A DNA stretch of 64,000 bases from Methanobacteriota archaeon (GCA_963719035.1 CAVRAO010000008.1:1-64000), one strand, 5' to 3'. Shown: positions 1 through 10,623, counted from the stretch's first letter. A program made the numbers and translations. Notes: a model not told the origin generated them from the letters alone.

Positions 1-270
1 TTGAATCAGGACGCCGTACGACAAGCACCGTTAAAACTTGTGATTATGGGGGTCTACGAGCGGGCCGCAACGAAGTACGGTGAACGTGCTGAGCGCTACG
101 TCCACCTCGAGGCCGGTCACGCAGCGCAAAACGTGTTGCTCGAGTGTACATCGTTGGGATTGGGAGCGGTTCCGATCGGCGCCTTTGATGACTCGATGGT
201 GCGCGAAGTGTTAGAGACCCCTCCAGACCAGCAGCCGCTTTACATTATCCCGATTGGACATGTCTCTTGA
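1..270 (+). CDS. SagB/ThcOx-like nitroreductase, C-terminal part (cut by window edge)
   Basis: Motif RYVHLEAGHAAQNVLL..LGLGAVPIGAFDD typical of SagB-type nitroreductases. Confidence 0.85.
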   Translation: MNQDAVRQAPLKLVIMGVYERAATKYGERAERYVHLEAGHAAQNVLLECTSLGLGAVPIGAFDDSMVREVLETPPDQQPLYIIPIGHVS

Positions 271-470
271 TGCGCTTAGTGAGGGATAGCCTGTGCTCCA
301 CATTCTCGCAGAACAAGAAAAGTAGAGCAAAAAGTAACGATGAATTTGCGATTGCCTCAGCGAGGCGGAGGTCACTTCGTCGTAGAAATTCAGTTATGGA
401 AGTGCGAGCAGTGGCCTGTTTGATTTAATAAATCTGCAGCGACACCGTTAAGAGCTTCTTATAGTGACTG

Positions 471-911
471 TTGAATATGACAAAGGCAGAAGATGCAGCT
501 ACGCTCTTTCAACAGGGCTTCAACTGCACGCAGTCAATTCTCTCAGTTTTAGCAACAGATTTTGGGCTTGATCGGAACATAGCAGCGCGAATCTCACAGG
601 GGTTTGGTGCCGGAATCGGTCGCACAGACGAAATCTGCGGGGCTCTTTCCGGGGCGATTATGGTGATCGGGCTGCGCTACGGGGGCTTAACTCCTGATGA
701 CAGTGCAGCGAAAGAAAAAACCTATGCGATGGTTGGTGAGTTCGTACAGAAATTTAAAGCGCTTCATAGCTCAGTTGCATGCACAGACTTACTAGGATAC
801 AACCTGTCTGATCCACAACAATATGCTGACGCGAAGGCGCATAAGGTCGCAAAAGAGAAGTGTCCGGCTTTTATCCGCGATGCAGTCGAACTCGTTGAGA
901 CTATGATTTAG
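471..911 (+). CDS. C_GCAxxG_C_C family putative redox protein
   Basis: FNCTQS, GFGAGIG, ICGALSG, ACTDLLG and final KCP cysteine pattern. Confidence 0.85.
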   Translation: MNMTKAEDAATLFQQGFNCTQSILSVLATDFGLDRNIAARISQGFGAGIGRTDEICGALSGAIMVIGLRYGGLTPDDSAAKEKTYAMVGEFVQKFKALHSSVACTDLLGYNLSDPQQYADAKAHKVAKEKCPAFIRDAVELVETMI

Positions 912-1048
912 GTGTGGATTCAAGCGCGGGGAGGCGTGATAGCGTTATAAATTCGCGCGTGAGTAGACACCGGGATCAGGGCACGCGATCAGACAACGTT
1001 TTTGCGCAGCCGCTGTAGATAACTCTCTCCTTTCGTTTCTTGTAAGAT

Positions 1049-1573
1049 TTAAAATGTAATCCGTTCGATGACAGATTCGCGCCCGCTATCGGCAAATGTC
1101 CAAAACCACGCTTCGCCCTTTTCAACGCGGAAAAAAACCATATCTTCAGCAACAGGACGTAGGAACGGCCGCTCTTCGAGAAGGCGGTCTTTGAGTTTTG
1201 GGTCATCGAGGACTACAACGTTACCTGACGCTCGCATAGATTTTCCCAAATCAATAGTCCCACCTTCTCCGAGCGGACCGTCCCGAATAGCATATAACTG
1301 CTTTGTGTGAAGAAACGAGACTAGCGCCCCTGCTGGCGGAGCATAGAAACACAGCTCAACCTTGGCGTTTTCCCTCAGCTGTCGATATACCTCTTTTATC
1401 TTAGTCGTCCAAAAATAAAAGCCCTTTTCGTCCGCAAACCACATTCCAAGCATACGAACACGAGGTTGGTCGCCGTCGACGGTAGTAAAGGCGCATATGG
1501 GGTGGTCCTTTGCAAACAACATGCATTCGTCGAAGTTCATAGTATCATCAACCGCTTGTTCCTGCGTGCTCAT
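1049..1573 (-). CDS. pyridoxamine 5'-phosphate oxidase-like FMN-binding protein
   Basis: TVDGDQPRVR, GFYFWT, KEVYRQLRENAKVELCF motifs. Confidence 0.85.
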   Translation of the reverse strand: MSTQEQAVDDTMNFDECMLFAKDHPICAFTTVDGDQPRVRMLGMWFADEKGFYFWTTKIKEVYRQLRENAKVELCFYAPPAGALVSFLHTKQLYAIRDGPLGEGGTIDLGKSMRASGNVVVLDDPKLKDRLLEERPFLRPVAEDMVFFRVEKGEAWFWTFADSGRESVIERITF

Positions 1574-1779
1574 CGCTTAACTATATGGTGGCGAGTTCGG
1601 GCACCGGCTGTCCCACCGGTTGGAACGCCCCGCTGCTCGTTGACGCCGTGTCCGATGAGTCGTTCGACCCGGTATCGTACCGCATCCAGCCGATCGGCGA
1701 CGAGTTGCGTGGAAGACGGAGACCTCATCGACTTGGACTCTCTGTGGCGCTTGGCCTCGCCTCTCAGAGGCATGTATTC

Positions 1780-2913
1780 CTATGCACCCTCGAAGTACGG
1801 CTCGATCGTCGCGACATCGACTCGCTGCGAGAAAGCCCAATAGCATTCCCACAGATGCGGTAGCCCCCGAAGCCGAAACATCGCGGACATCAACTCGCGC
1901 GTGGTGGCGCGGTCGAGCGGGTAACCCGCCAGGCGCAGCCGATCGAAGCCGCGCAGCGCGAGCTCGATCGCCATCACCATCACTTCGCCGGTGGCCTGCG
2001 GAAACAACTCATGCGGCGCGGCGAGCTCGGCCGTCGTGTACGTCGAGAGCCGAGCGTCCGGGATGGCAACGGCCGGACCGCCGCGGCCATCCGTTCCGCA
2101 GCCGTGCACCAGCCAGCTCCGCAGCACGTTGTGATTGCGACGCCGCAGATCTTCTTCGAAGTCAGCCAGATCGTCGAGGATCTGCAGTGCGAGGCCGATC
2201 CGAAATATGCCCGCCTTGGCGTTCGCGATAGCTTCAGCGTGCTCGGACTCATTCAGCTCGGGCACAACGAAGGCGAGCAGGAGCAGGTTCGCGCCACGAA
2301 AGCGGTGGATCTCGTCGAGCAACCGTTTGGGATGCAGCACCTCTTCGACCGCAGACTCCTCGCCGCTTTCCTCCTCGCCAATCGCGTACAGCAGATCGAT
2401 GAGCGCACCCCAAGCCTGCAAACCCGCTGCGTCGCTGCCGGTGACGCTGCGCAGCCGCTCGTGCAGGCTCCCGGCCTGTAGCAGGATCGAGAACACGTTG
2501 GGGAGCACGCGTCCGGCGCGAACCTCGACGAGCAGCGCGCCCTTGGCTTCACCGTCCAGAATGTTGTCCGCAGCAGTGACAATACCACGCACCGTGTGGA
2601 TGATCGCGGCGTAGTCGCGAACGCGAGCGTCGTCGATGCCGATGGCCTGGAAAATCGACACGAATAGGATGCTGAAGAAGTTGCGCTCCCAGTAAGCCTC
2701 CGGTGCGAGCTCCAAGTGCGGAAAGCGCAGCGCCTTTGGCTTGTCCCCCACGTCCTGCAACTCTTCCTTCAGCTCCTCTTCGACCTCGCGCAGCAAAGCA
2801 GAAGCGCGGGCGAAGGCCCCGATCACGCGGGCGCCGCTGAAGACTTGGTCGAGAAAGGTCATCGACGACCGCCGGACGTGCGACGGCAGATCCTCGACGG
2901 CATTGCGTTCCAT
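1780..2913 (-). CDS. class I isoprenoid synthase / polyprenyl-synthase-like protein (GC-rich foreign segment)
   Basis: Asp-rich motifs ADNILDGE and LQILDDLADFEED; likely start MERNAV at 2913 after a GAGG/GGTGA-like RBS. Confidence 0.7.
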   Translation of the reverse strand: MERNAVEDLPSHVRRSSMTFLDQVFSGARVIGAFARASALLREVEEELKEELQDVGDKPKALRFPHLELAPEAYWERNFFSILFVSIFQAIGIDDARVRDYAAIIHTVRGIVTAADNILDGEAKGALLVEVRAGRVLPNVFSILLQAGSLHERLRSVTGSDAAGLQAWGALIDLLYAIGEEESGEESAVEEVLHPKRLLDEIHRFRGANLLLLAFVVPELNESEHAEAIANAKAGIFRIGLALQILDDLADFEEDLRRRNHNVLRSWLVHGCGTDGRGGPAVAIPDARLSTYTTAELAAPHELFPQATGEVMVMAIELALRGFDRLRLAGYPLDRATTRELMSAMFRLRGLPHLWECYWAFSQRVDVATIEPYFEGA

Positions 2914-2917
2914 GATC

Positions 2918-3307
2918 TCACCGTACCTCAATTCTATGCAGCCGTTCATTGACGACAAAGCGCATGCCATCGTTTCTGCGACCGGGTGTACTCAGGATTT
3001 CAACTTTCAGAACACCAACATAGAAAGTCGTGCTGTCGGCGAGGTTATGGCCCCCGTTTCGAAAACGAGTTTCTTTGCTTTGTCTGATTTCAGCACCCGT
3101 CTGCCGCCGCAAGTCGAGTGAGCCAACAACTAAAGCTTCATTGCGGTGCGACTCAAAGATATACTTGATTTGAGCGCATTCTTGGACCCCGAGCTCTGTA
3201 TATGCGTCACAATCTTGGCGAGGATCGATAACGATTGCCTCGCCGTGATCAGAGAGAGAGTAGCTGTTGTGGGCAAGGCCCTTTGCCTTCACAGTCTCGA
3301 GCTGCAT
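2918..3307 (-). pseudogene. truncated, degenerate MBL-fold (sulfur dioxygenase/glyoxalase II-like) hydrolase
   Basis: GLAHNSY..AIVIDPR..IKYIFESHRNEA..G (degenerate HxHxD); TPGR replaces TPGH; stops abruptly at the GC-rich insert. Confidence 0.75.
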
Positions 3308-3560
3308 CGATGCTTAGTTCCCCTCGGCGTTTATCACACTTTCTGATACAAAGATGTCGTGCGAGCGTTTGATTTCGATATATGCCACTTACTATGTGAT
3401 TGCACGCTTTACAGGAACCTAATCGGCCGGACTTTTGTTTATCAACTATCTCAAACAAATCAGTGGTAATAATAAAAAAAAAAAAAGCAATAAGAAAAAT
3501 TTCAACAGATTGAAATAATAATATTAGTTGTATTCAACTAACAAACTTTAGGAGAAAAAA

Positions 3561-4007
3561 ATGAGCGTAAAAAATGAATATCTTTCACCGTGTGGCATGT
3601 ATTGTTCGGTTTGTGCAGTATTGGCAGCATATAAAAATAATGACCAAAATCTAAAACAAATGCTTTCAGAGTATTTTAAAACAGAACCTGAAAATATTAA
3701 GTGTGAAGGTTGTAATTCTCAGAAAACATTTGGTTTTGTTTCTTTTTGCCCAATTAAAGAATGCTCTGGAGAAAAAAAGATTGATGGTTGTCATCAATGC
3801 AAAGATTTTGTCTGCAAAAACATTGATGAGTTTCCAATTCAACCAGCAAGAAAAGAAATCATCGAATCAATATCACTACGGAAGAAATTAGGAACCGAAG
3901 AATGGGTTGAACAACTTGAAAGACATTATTCTTGTCCAAGCTGTGGAACTAAATTACATCGTCTTGCTACAATATGTGGAAATTGTAACAAGCCAATAAC
4001 ATTTTAA
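3561..4007 (+). CDS. DUF3795-like Cys-rich protein (AT-rich foreign segment)
   Basis: PCGMYCSVC, CEGC, CPIKEC, CHQCKDFVC plus C-terminal CPSCG..CGNC. Confidence 0.8.
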   Translation: MSVKNEYLSPCGMYCSVCAVLAAYKNNDQNLKQMLSEYFKTEPENIKCEGCNSQKTFGFVSFCPIKECSGEKKIDGCHQCKDFVCKNIDEFPIQPARKEIIESISLRKKLGTEEWVEQLERHYSCPSCGTKLHRLATICGNCNKPITF

Positions 4008-4150
4008 TGTCCCCTTGATTTTGAATTCTACATCTTTCTAATATTAAACATAAAAATCATACGCATTTTCTAGCAGAGTTAACCTTTCGCAGGACTAACG
4101 TGAGCAAATCTGTGCAACGTGTGGACAGCGACGTGACCGATAGACGGTTT

Positions 4151-4495
4151 TTACTTTCGGCGCCTTAGTTGGTATAACGTCCCAGCAATAATTAATATCG
4201 CAATAGCGATCAAGATCACTGGCCCGATCAACTGTCCGTTAACGTTGATCGGTATGCCAAAAACGTTCTGAAGGAGTGCTATTATTCCGCCGATTAGAAG
4301 AAGCGAACCGAAGAATAATCCGACGATGATGCCGCCGTGAGGCAGTCCAAAGCATTCCGCTTCTTTATTGTCCTCCCCAAAGCACCCCTCATGACGAGTA
4401 CGCCTGCGACGCGTGTCATATAGAGGTTGCTGGCAATTGACGCAGTATTCAACTCCTTCTTCATTTTTAGTCCCGCAATTCTGGCAATACGGCAT
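4151..4495 (-). CDS. zinc-ribbon membrane protein
   Basis: N-terminal YCQNCG..YCVNC, ECFGLPHGG, two TM helices. Confidence 0.8.
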   Translation of the reverse strand: MPYCQNCGTKNEEGVEYCVNCQQPLYDTRRRRTRHEGCFGEDNKEAECFGLPHGGIIVGLFFGSLLLIGGIIALLQNVFGIPINVNGQLIGPVILIAIAILIIAGTLYQLRRRK

Positions 4496-4786
4496 TTAAT
4501 CACCACATCGGTTTAGTCGGCCACATTCTTAACGCTTGCCATCTTTATCACACATTTATGAGTGATAGTACCTGCAGGAGATCTATGAGCGGGTCAGTGG
4601 CCTTCCGGGTGCATGATTCATATTTCCAAACTTCAAACGTGTGCTCCACTTGAATCTAGCCTTGTTCTATTTTGCCAATATTGCCTTCTTTTGTCAGTCG
4701 GAACGCGCTTTGAGGCGTGACCACAAAAATGTGTCACGCGCGTTAACATACTCATTGATTGTTGGTGCTTACGGAGGTAAAAGTCG

Positions 4787-4966
4787 ATGCAAGTGGTGTT
4801 AAGTTATACCGTCAAGAGTAACCACTGCTACTACGATCTTCACTCAGGCTGCGCAAAGGGACTTGAGGAGCCGGATACGGCGGTGTGTGACGAATGCATT
4901 GCCGATGCGCTTCAACAAATCGTGGATTCGCGGAAGAAGCTTTCAATATTTGCTGACTCGGCATAA
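4787..4966 (+). CDS. unannotated 59-aa Cys/His-containing small protein (MQVVLSYTVKSNHCYYDLHSGC...VCDEC...)
   Basis: GGAGGT RBS upstream of ATG 4787; open to TAA 4966; below the ORF-track cutoff. Confidence 0.55.
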   Translation: MQVVLSYTVKSNHCYYDLHSGCAKGLEEPDTAVCDECIADALQQIVDSRKKLSIFADSA

Positions 4967-4986
4967 CAAGTCAAAATGAGAGGCGA

Positions 4987-5391
4987 ATGACAATGCAAAA
5001 AACTTCGATTGTAATAGCCTTATGCTTGGCCCTCATAAGCACGCTGACAGCAACTGCAGGGGCAACAGCAAAGCCAACGGACGACTCAGCCGTTCAACGG
5101 TTTGACATAGCGGTTGGGGATTACAAATACGGTGAACTCTCTGTTGACACGGAGACCGATCACGTCTTCGCCTACGCCAACGTGGGCTCAGAATCGGCAG
5201 ACAAACAGGTGACTCTAGTTGCACGAAAAGACAGGTCGAGCCCGCATACTATAGATATCGCGCATTCAACCGTGAAAAACGACGGACAAGTCTTCTGGAA
5301 AGGAACCCTCACGGCAGCGCAATTAGACTGGATTCACACCTATGGTGGCCGTGCGGTCTTCTTCTTCAGAGTCAATCATGCTGTGCTCTAA
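4987..5391 (+). CDS. secreted hypothetical protein (paralog of 20016-20411)
   Basis: Signal peptide; GAGG RBS; strong similarity to 20016..20411. Confidence 0.8.
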   Translation: MTMQKTSIVIALCLALISTLTATAGATAKPTDDSAVQRFDIAVGDYKYGELSVDTETDHVFAYANVGSESADKQVTLVARKDRSSPHTIDIAHSTVKNDGQVFWKGTLTAAQLDWIHTYGGRAVFFFRVNHAVL

Positions 5392-5461
5392 CAGGGAATT
5401 CGAAGCAGCAACCAGAGCCTAATGCAGGCTCCGACGTTAGAAACTATATAGCAACGATCGA

Positions 5462-5533
5462 CATCCGCTGCCTGAACACATGTACGATGTGTATATACAA
5501 TATTGGCAGGGTACGCATCTAAAAGATCTTTAG
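5462..5533 (+). pseudogene. C-terminal tail of SSV/pTN3-like tyrosine integrase (copy C1)
   Basis: Translates HPLPEHMYDVYIQYWQGTHLKDL*, homologous to 14463-14603, 34669-34731 and 35734-35859. Confidence 0.75.
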
Positions 5534-5774
5534 CTAACCATCCTGGACACATCTCTCGATGCTAAATGAATGCCAATCATCCTAGTCCTGTACCCTTCAA
5601 TGATGATGTGGGTTCATTGCGACAAATCGCAAGAATCAAATAATTCCCTGGCAACATACAGCATTTAGAAGCGACAAAAAACTGAAAAATGGTAAAGCAG
5701 TCAATCATGAAATCGCAGAAGTTGCGAGTGTCTACAGTCCCATTCGGGAAACATTTCCATTCTACGCATCAATT

Positions 5775-5993
5775 ATGAGGTCGATAGACGGCTATATCGA
5801 TTATAAGCGTCGGGAATATTGTAATGATGTTAAATGCCCGGTGCAATCGCTTTTGAACAAAGAAGTGGAAAAATCTCCTAAATATGAAGAAATTCGGGCG
5901 ATTTGTGCATCCAATTGTATGCATAGTACCTATGAATTTCACCATTGGTTAACAGAAAAGGGATATCTAATCGTCAGACCGAAGCAAAAATAG
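5775..5993 (+). CDS. small Cys/His-containing hypothetical protein
   Basis: Clean 72-aa ORF, YC..C..C...C..YEFHHWL. Confidence 0.7.
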   Translation: MRSIDGYIDYKRREYCNDVKCPVQSLLNKEVEKSPKYEEIRAICASNCMHSTYEFHHWLTEKGYLIVRPKQK

Positions 5994-6045
5994 TCCCAAC
6001 TTTTTTTTATAGTTGTGTATCATTCATGCTCGTGAGGTGTTACCC

Positions 6046-6871
6046 ATGGTAAATGCATATCTTGATATTGGAATCCAAAGCCGAATGAACCGGATAATCA
6101 ATCCGAAAGATAATCGGGTAGTTATGTTAGCGATAGACCATCCCTATTTTCAGGGGCCGACAACGGGCTTGCGTAATATGAGTAACACAATAAAAACACT
6201 ACTTCCCTATTGCGATTGTCTGATGACGACACGCGGGGCAGTGCGGAGCAATATTGCGTTAGAAGATGTCGGATCAAAACCCATAATGTTACGTGTTACC
6301 GGGGGAAATAGCGTTTTAAATGAAGATTTGAGTGATGAAAAGCTCACTGTTACAATTAAAGAAGCCATTCGAATGGATGCGGCCGGGTGTAGCTATCAGT
6401 GTTTTTATTGGCTCTGCTAATCAACAACAGACCATTGTAAATCTCACCGAAATGATCAATCAAGCCGAAGAATACGGAATTCCCGTTTTGGCGGTAACAG
6501 CCGTGGGGAAAAAGATGGCTCGAGATCTACGCTATTTAGCTCTTGCATCTCGTATTTGCCAAGATGCGGGGGCCCGAATTATCAAAACCTATTATTGTGA
6601 GGAATTTTCCAAATTAGTTGAAGCTGTTTCTCCAACTGCTGTCGTCGTTGCAGGAGGTAAGCATACAAGTCCTCCTGACTCTCTCCAAATGGTCTACAAT
6701 TCTATCCAGGCGGGTGCAGTGGGAGTTGATTTCGGACGAAATATTTTCCAGGATGACAATCCTATAGGCATGATCAAAGCAATTCGTTCAATTGTCCATG
6801 AAAATCATACCGTAAAGGAAGCCTTGGATATTTACAATGCATGTTTACCCGATGCATGCAAGCTCGACTAA
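6046..6871 (+). pseudogene. lsrF: LsrF-like class I aldolase/thiolase, frameshifted near 6385
   Basis: MLAIDHPYFQGPTTGL and RIIKTYYC..VVVAGG..GAVGVDFGRNIFQ split between ORFs 6013-6420 and 6332-6871 at a GGG run. Confidence 0.8.
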
Positions 6872-6913
6872 TTTTTTCAAATCTTTGTTAATTTATGCTC
6901 CACAGCGAATGCA

Positions 6914-7966
6914 ATGAAAGCAGCAGTCTATTACACGAATAGTGATATTCGCATCGAAGATGTCGAAGATCTATCAGTTGGACCAGGAGAAATCAAAGTC
7001 AAAATCATGGCTTGCGGAGTCTGTGGGTCGGATGTCATGGAATGGTATCGAATTAAGCGTGCTGGAAGACCCGGTGGTATTGGAGCTTTTGGACATGAAT
7101 GCACAGGAATCATTGCAGAAGTCGGTTCTAAAGTGGATCCGAAATGGAAAGTGGGAGATCGGGTCGTGGTGACCCATCATGTCGCATGTAACACTTGTAA
7201 TGCTTGTATGCGCGGGCATACGACTGCATGTGACACACTGCAAAAAACAAAATTTAAAAATGCGTTTGGGGCGTATGCAGAATATGTCGTTCTGCCCGAA
7301 ATCAATGTGGAGCGGGGTATTTTGCGCCTTCCCGAATCGGTTTCTTTTGAGATAGGAACCTTTGTTGAACCCCTTGGAAGTGTTTTACGAGGGCAACAAT
7401 GGGCTCCGACCTCAGATGGGCGATCAGTCTTAATAATTGGTGCCGGTTTAACCGGATTGTTGCACCTTCAAGTGGCCCGGTTGAATGGTGCGGGATTTAT
7501 TGCTATTTCCGATATTAATCCCGATCGATTGAAGATCGCCCAAAAATTCGGCGCTGATGCAACCATTTTCGCTACTGAAAATGTCCCAAAAAAGTTTAAA
7601 GAATTAAACGGAGGGTTGGGCGCGGACACCGTTATTATGACCGCACCGATTCCCATTTGTGTGAAACAGTCTCTTGAAGCAATCGGGCAAGGGGGTACGA
7701 TCTTATTTTTTGCCCCCACCAATCCTGAAATCCAATCCGAAATTAATCTCTGGAATCTGTGGCAAAAAGAAATTACTATCACCCACTCATATGGTGCCGA
7801 TTTCCATAATCTTTCAACGGCCTTAAAATGGATTCAGTATAAAAAAATTAATGTGACAGAAATGATAACCCATGTTTTTCCATTAAAAGAGACGGTTGAA
7901 GGTTTTCTACTGACTGCCCAACCGCGGGATGGTAGTTTAAAAGTTATCATCCATCCACAAGAATAA
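6914..7966 (+). CDS. zinc-dependent alcohol/polyol dehydrogenase (MDR family)
   Basis: GVCGSD, GHE, CNTCNAC..C structural Zn site, GAGLTG. Confidence 0.92.
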   Translation: MKAAVYYTNSDIRIEDVEDLSVGPGEIKVKIMACGVCGSDVMEWYRIKRAGRPGGIGAFGHECTGIIAEVGSKVDPKWKVGDRVVVTHHVACNTCNACMRGHTTACDTLQKTKFKNAFGAYAEYVVLPEINVERGILRLPESVSFEIGTFVEPLGSVLRGQQWAPTSDGRSVLIIGAGLTGLLHLQVARLNGAGFIAISDINPDRLKIAQKFGADATIFATENVPKKFKELNGGLGADTVIMTAPIPICVKQSLEAIGQGGTILFFAPTNPEIQSEINLWNLWQKEITITHSYGADFHNLSTALKWIQYKKINVTEMITHVFPLKETVEGFLLTAQPRDGSLKVIIHPQE

Positions 7967-8060
7967 CATATTTTTAGTCATTTTTCTAAAATGCTTAGTT
8001 TACACAATTGACCAGCTCATATCCAACACACCCGTCTCCTTAAAAGGCATTTACCTGCCC

Positions 8061-8582
8061 TCAAACTCCTGACGACTCGCTTTCAGTTTTCTGGTACACC
8101 TCCAGCGTTTTTTCATCAAAGCAAGCCACAACGATTTTTTCCAACTCCGGATATTGCTTTATGGCCAAGTGAAATTCGCGCAGAGCAATCCCGCTGGCCT
8201 TTTCGAGGGGATACCTATAAGCACCCGTGCTGATGGAAGGGAAAGCCAGGGATTTCAAATGATGTTGGTGCGCTAGGGCAAAACAGCTTCGATAACAGCC
8301 AGCCAGCAATTCCGGCTCATTGTGGCTACCCCCACGCCAGATGGGTCCGACCGTATGAATCACAAAACGCGCCGGCAAACGATAACCTTTCGTGATCTTC
8401 GCCTCTCCGGTTAGACACCCTCCCAAGGTGGCGCATTCTTCAAGCAATTGTGGTCCGGCCTGGTGATGAATCGCCCCATCAACCCCGCCGCCCCCCAACA
8501 AACTGTTATTGGCGGCATTGACGATGGCATCCACTGACAAAGTGGTAATATCCGCTTTGATAATCTCCAATTTTGCAGACAC
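8061..8582 (-). CDS. macro-domain O-acetyl-ADP-ribose deacetylase (YmdB-like)
   Basis: [38 protein letters not shown]. Confidence 0.92.
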   Translation of the reverse strand: MSAKLEIIKADITTLSVDAIVNAANNSLLGGGGVDGAIHHQAGPQLLEECATLGGCLTGEAKITKGYRLPARFVIHTVGPIWRGGSHNEPELLAGCYRSCFALAHQHHLKSLAFPSISTGAYRYPLEKASGIALREFHLAIKQYPELEKIVVACFDEKTLEVYQKTESESSGV

Positions 8583-8699
8583 TTGCTCCCCCTAAAAGTC
8601 CAAAAGTATTTCATTCAAACAACGGGCATTCGGCCCTCACAAGCCAAGTCCTGCTCGTCAAACAAAAAAAATAGAAAAGAAAGGCCCTCTAAGGGCCTC

Positions 8700-9960
8700 T
8701 TACCGCCTTATTAACAAATAGACTAATCCAGCCAAAAGTGCCGGTATCCCAAGTCCGAGCAGCGAAAACTCTGGAACGGGTTGGGCAGGCAAGCCTGCAA
8801 CTCCGCTCGTTTGAGCTGAAGGAACTGAAATTTCGAGCGCTGAGTTAGCATCTGAGACATTTGTGTGAGTAGATGCCTGCACCACTTTGGGCGTAATCGT
8901 GGCCTTCACCGTTGGCGTTGCTCCGTTGCGTTGCTGTCGCCTTGACTACTGGTTTTACAGCCGCCTTCACCGTTGGCGTTGCTGTCGCCTTGACTACTGG
9001 TTCTACGGCCGCCTTCACCGTTGGCGTAGCTGTCGCCTTGACTATTGGTTTGACTGTTGTCTTAGCCGCGGGCGTCTCCTTAGGTGCTGGTGTTGCAGTA
9101 GGCTTGACGGCTGGCGTCGTGGCTGTCCACGCCAGCTTGTCGGTGTTCCAGCTTCCACCGTTGCTAAAGTCAACGATTGAATTGTACTGCCTGTACACGA
9201 AGAAGCCGCCGTTGAGCCAGGCGGTCTTGGCTGATCCGCCTCCTGCAGCTGTGTTCCCTAGGTTCGCATTACCGCCGGCGTCGTTATACCAGGATCCGTA
9301 ACCCTCAAGAGCCCCGCCGGTCTCGTCCCAGCGCGTTTGTCGCACTGGCGCGTTACCGTCCTCTCCTATCCAGATCGCTGGATACTTTTCGTTGCCGGGA
9401 CCTGCACGCGAGTCCCACGCAATTTGAACATAGTAATTGTGGCCCGCGCGAAGAACGGTATCCATTGGTATGTACCATCGCGCGTGGCTGCCGCCGGTTG
9501 TAGCACGGTAGATGGTTAGGTAGCCCTGGTTAGCATCAAAGTTTTTGTCGTTGTTATAGTCGGTGTCGATCTCAATCATAAAGGCGCCGTACGCTTTGTC
9601 CCAGATTTTTTGGAAGCGCTGGCCTGTCGGTCCCGTGTAATGAAACCCTATCTCCCACGACGCTGTGTTTTGGTTATTTGTTGCACTTCCGGCCGGAATG
9701 GAGATAAAACCATTTTGCCCGGTATTACCCCAATACGTATAACCATTTGATTGAGTCCGAAATAAGCTTGGGGTGCTGACGTATGCGTTATAGCTGGTTC
9801 CTGCAGCTCCGTTATTGACCCATGTTGATCCCGCTTGAGGGGAATAATGTATAGTGGGGGTCGGCTGTGCAGCAGCCGGTGTGATTACCAACCCTGCAAC
9901 AAGCGACGAGGCCGCCAACAGAAGAAGTACTCTAAGGGCTTGTCTTTTTGCATGTTTCAA
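8700..9960 (-). CDS. secreted glycoprotein with Thr/Ala/Pro repeats and PEF-CTERM anchor, frameshifted inside the repeat
   Basis: Signal peptide in 8845-9960; VPEF+TM+RR tail in 8700-8909 in another frame. Confidence 0.75.
8902..9050 (-). repeat. about 3 copies of a 48-bp tandem repeat (KATATPTVKAAVKPVV)
   Basis: Unit gccttcaccgttggcgttgctgtcgccttgactactggttttacagcc; the first copy carries a 13-nt imperfect duplication. Confidence 0.9.
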
Positions 9961-10215
9961 CTAAACACCTCGGTCTGGTAGTTCAGTGTACCTAAAAACG
10001 ACGACGAGCATCTATTTAACAGTTCCTGCCGTCTATTTTTATAAAAAAGCTGAATAATTAATATAATCGCTTATTTTTTAATTTGAAGCGTATTAGATGA
10101 ATATACGTATATTCAACATAGTTTAGGGCTACCTACACAGTTTTAACGCGCAAAAATAGAATTGCCATCAGGAGCTCGTTCTGACGCCGTTTGCTAGCCT
10201 GAAACGACAACGCTA

Positions 10216-10623
10216 TTATTTTTCGTCGGGTAGCAGCGCACTTAACCCTATTCGTGGCCGCTTCGGGGTATCTTCAGTTGGTGGCCGCACCACGCGCCTG
10301 AGTTCGCCAGCGATCTGCTCGCGCGTTTCGTGCTGCAACTGTAGAGCGTCAAGCGCTTCGTCGGTTGCCGCATAGAATGCCTGGCGCAATTCGACCGAAT
10401 CAATGTTATCGACGTCTATGCTGCCGAGCGGTGTTTTTTCGGTCTGGATTCTACCCGATGGATCGCGATACTCGTGTATTAATGTGGTTTGGAGGTACCA
10501 CTCACCGCGACCCGGGCGCAGCTCTAACGGGATGGACTTGTATTCGACACTGACCGAGTACCAGCCGGGTTTGGCGTTATTAGTCACTCTCTCTTGCCCC
10601 TGAGATTCGCCCTCATTTCGCAT
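10216..10623 (-). CDS. hypothetical protein
   Basis: 135-aa ORF with plausible composition; no recognised motif. Confidence 0.55.
   Translation of the reverse strand: MRNEGESQGQERVTNNAKPGWYSVSVEYKSIPLELRPGRGEWYLQTTLIHEYRDPSGRIQTEKTPLGSIDVDNIDSVELRQAFYAATDEALDALQLQHETREQIAGELRRVVRPPTEDTPKRPRIGLSALLPDEK

Noticed and set aside
364-373. ggcggaggtc match to the att/tRNA sequence (also near 20557)
   Set aside because: Only 10 nt, with no flanking anticodon or T-arm; could be chance.
1782-2952. Many overlapping antisense ORFs (also opposite copB, copA, HEAT, hef, glyS)
   Set aside because: Shadow ORFs of GC-rich or long real genes, with no motifs.
3474-3486. A13 run (and other A/T runs) at segment borders as retro-copy poly(A) tails
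   Set aside because: Orientation is inconsistent with the adjacent genes, and oligo-T terminators explain them.
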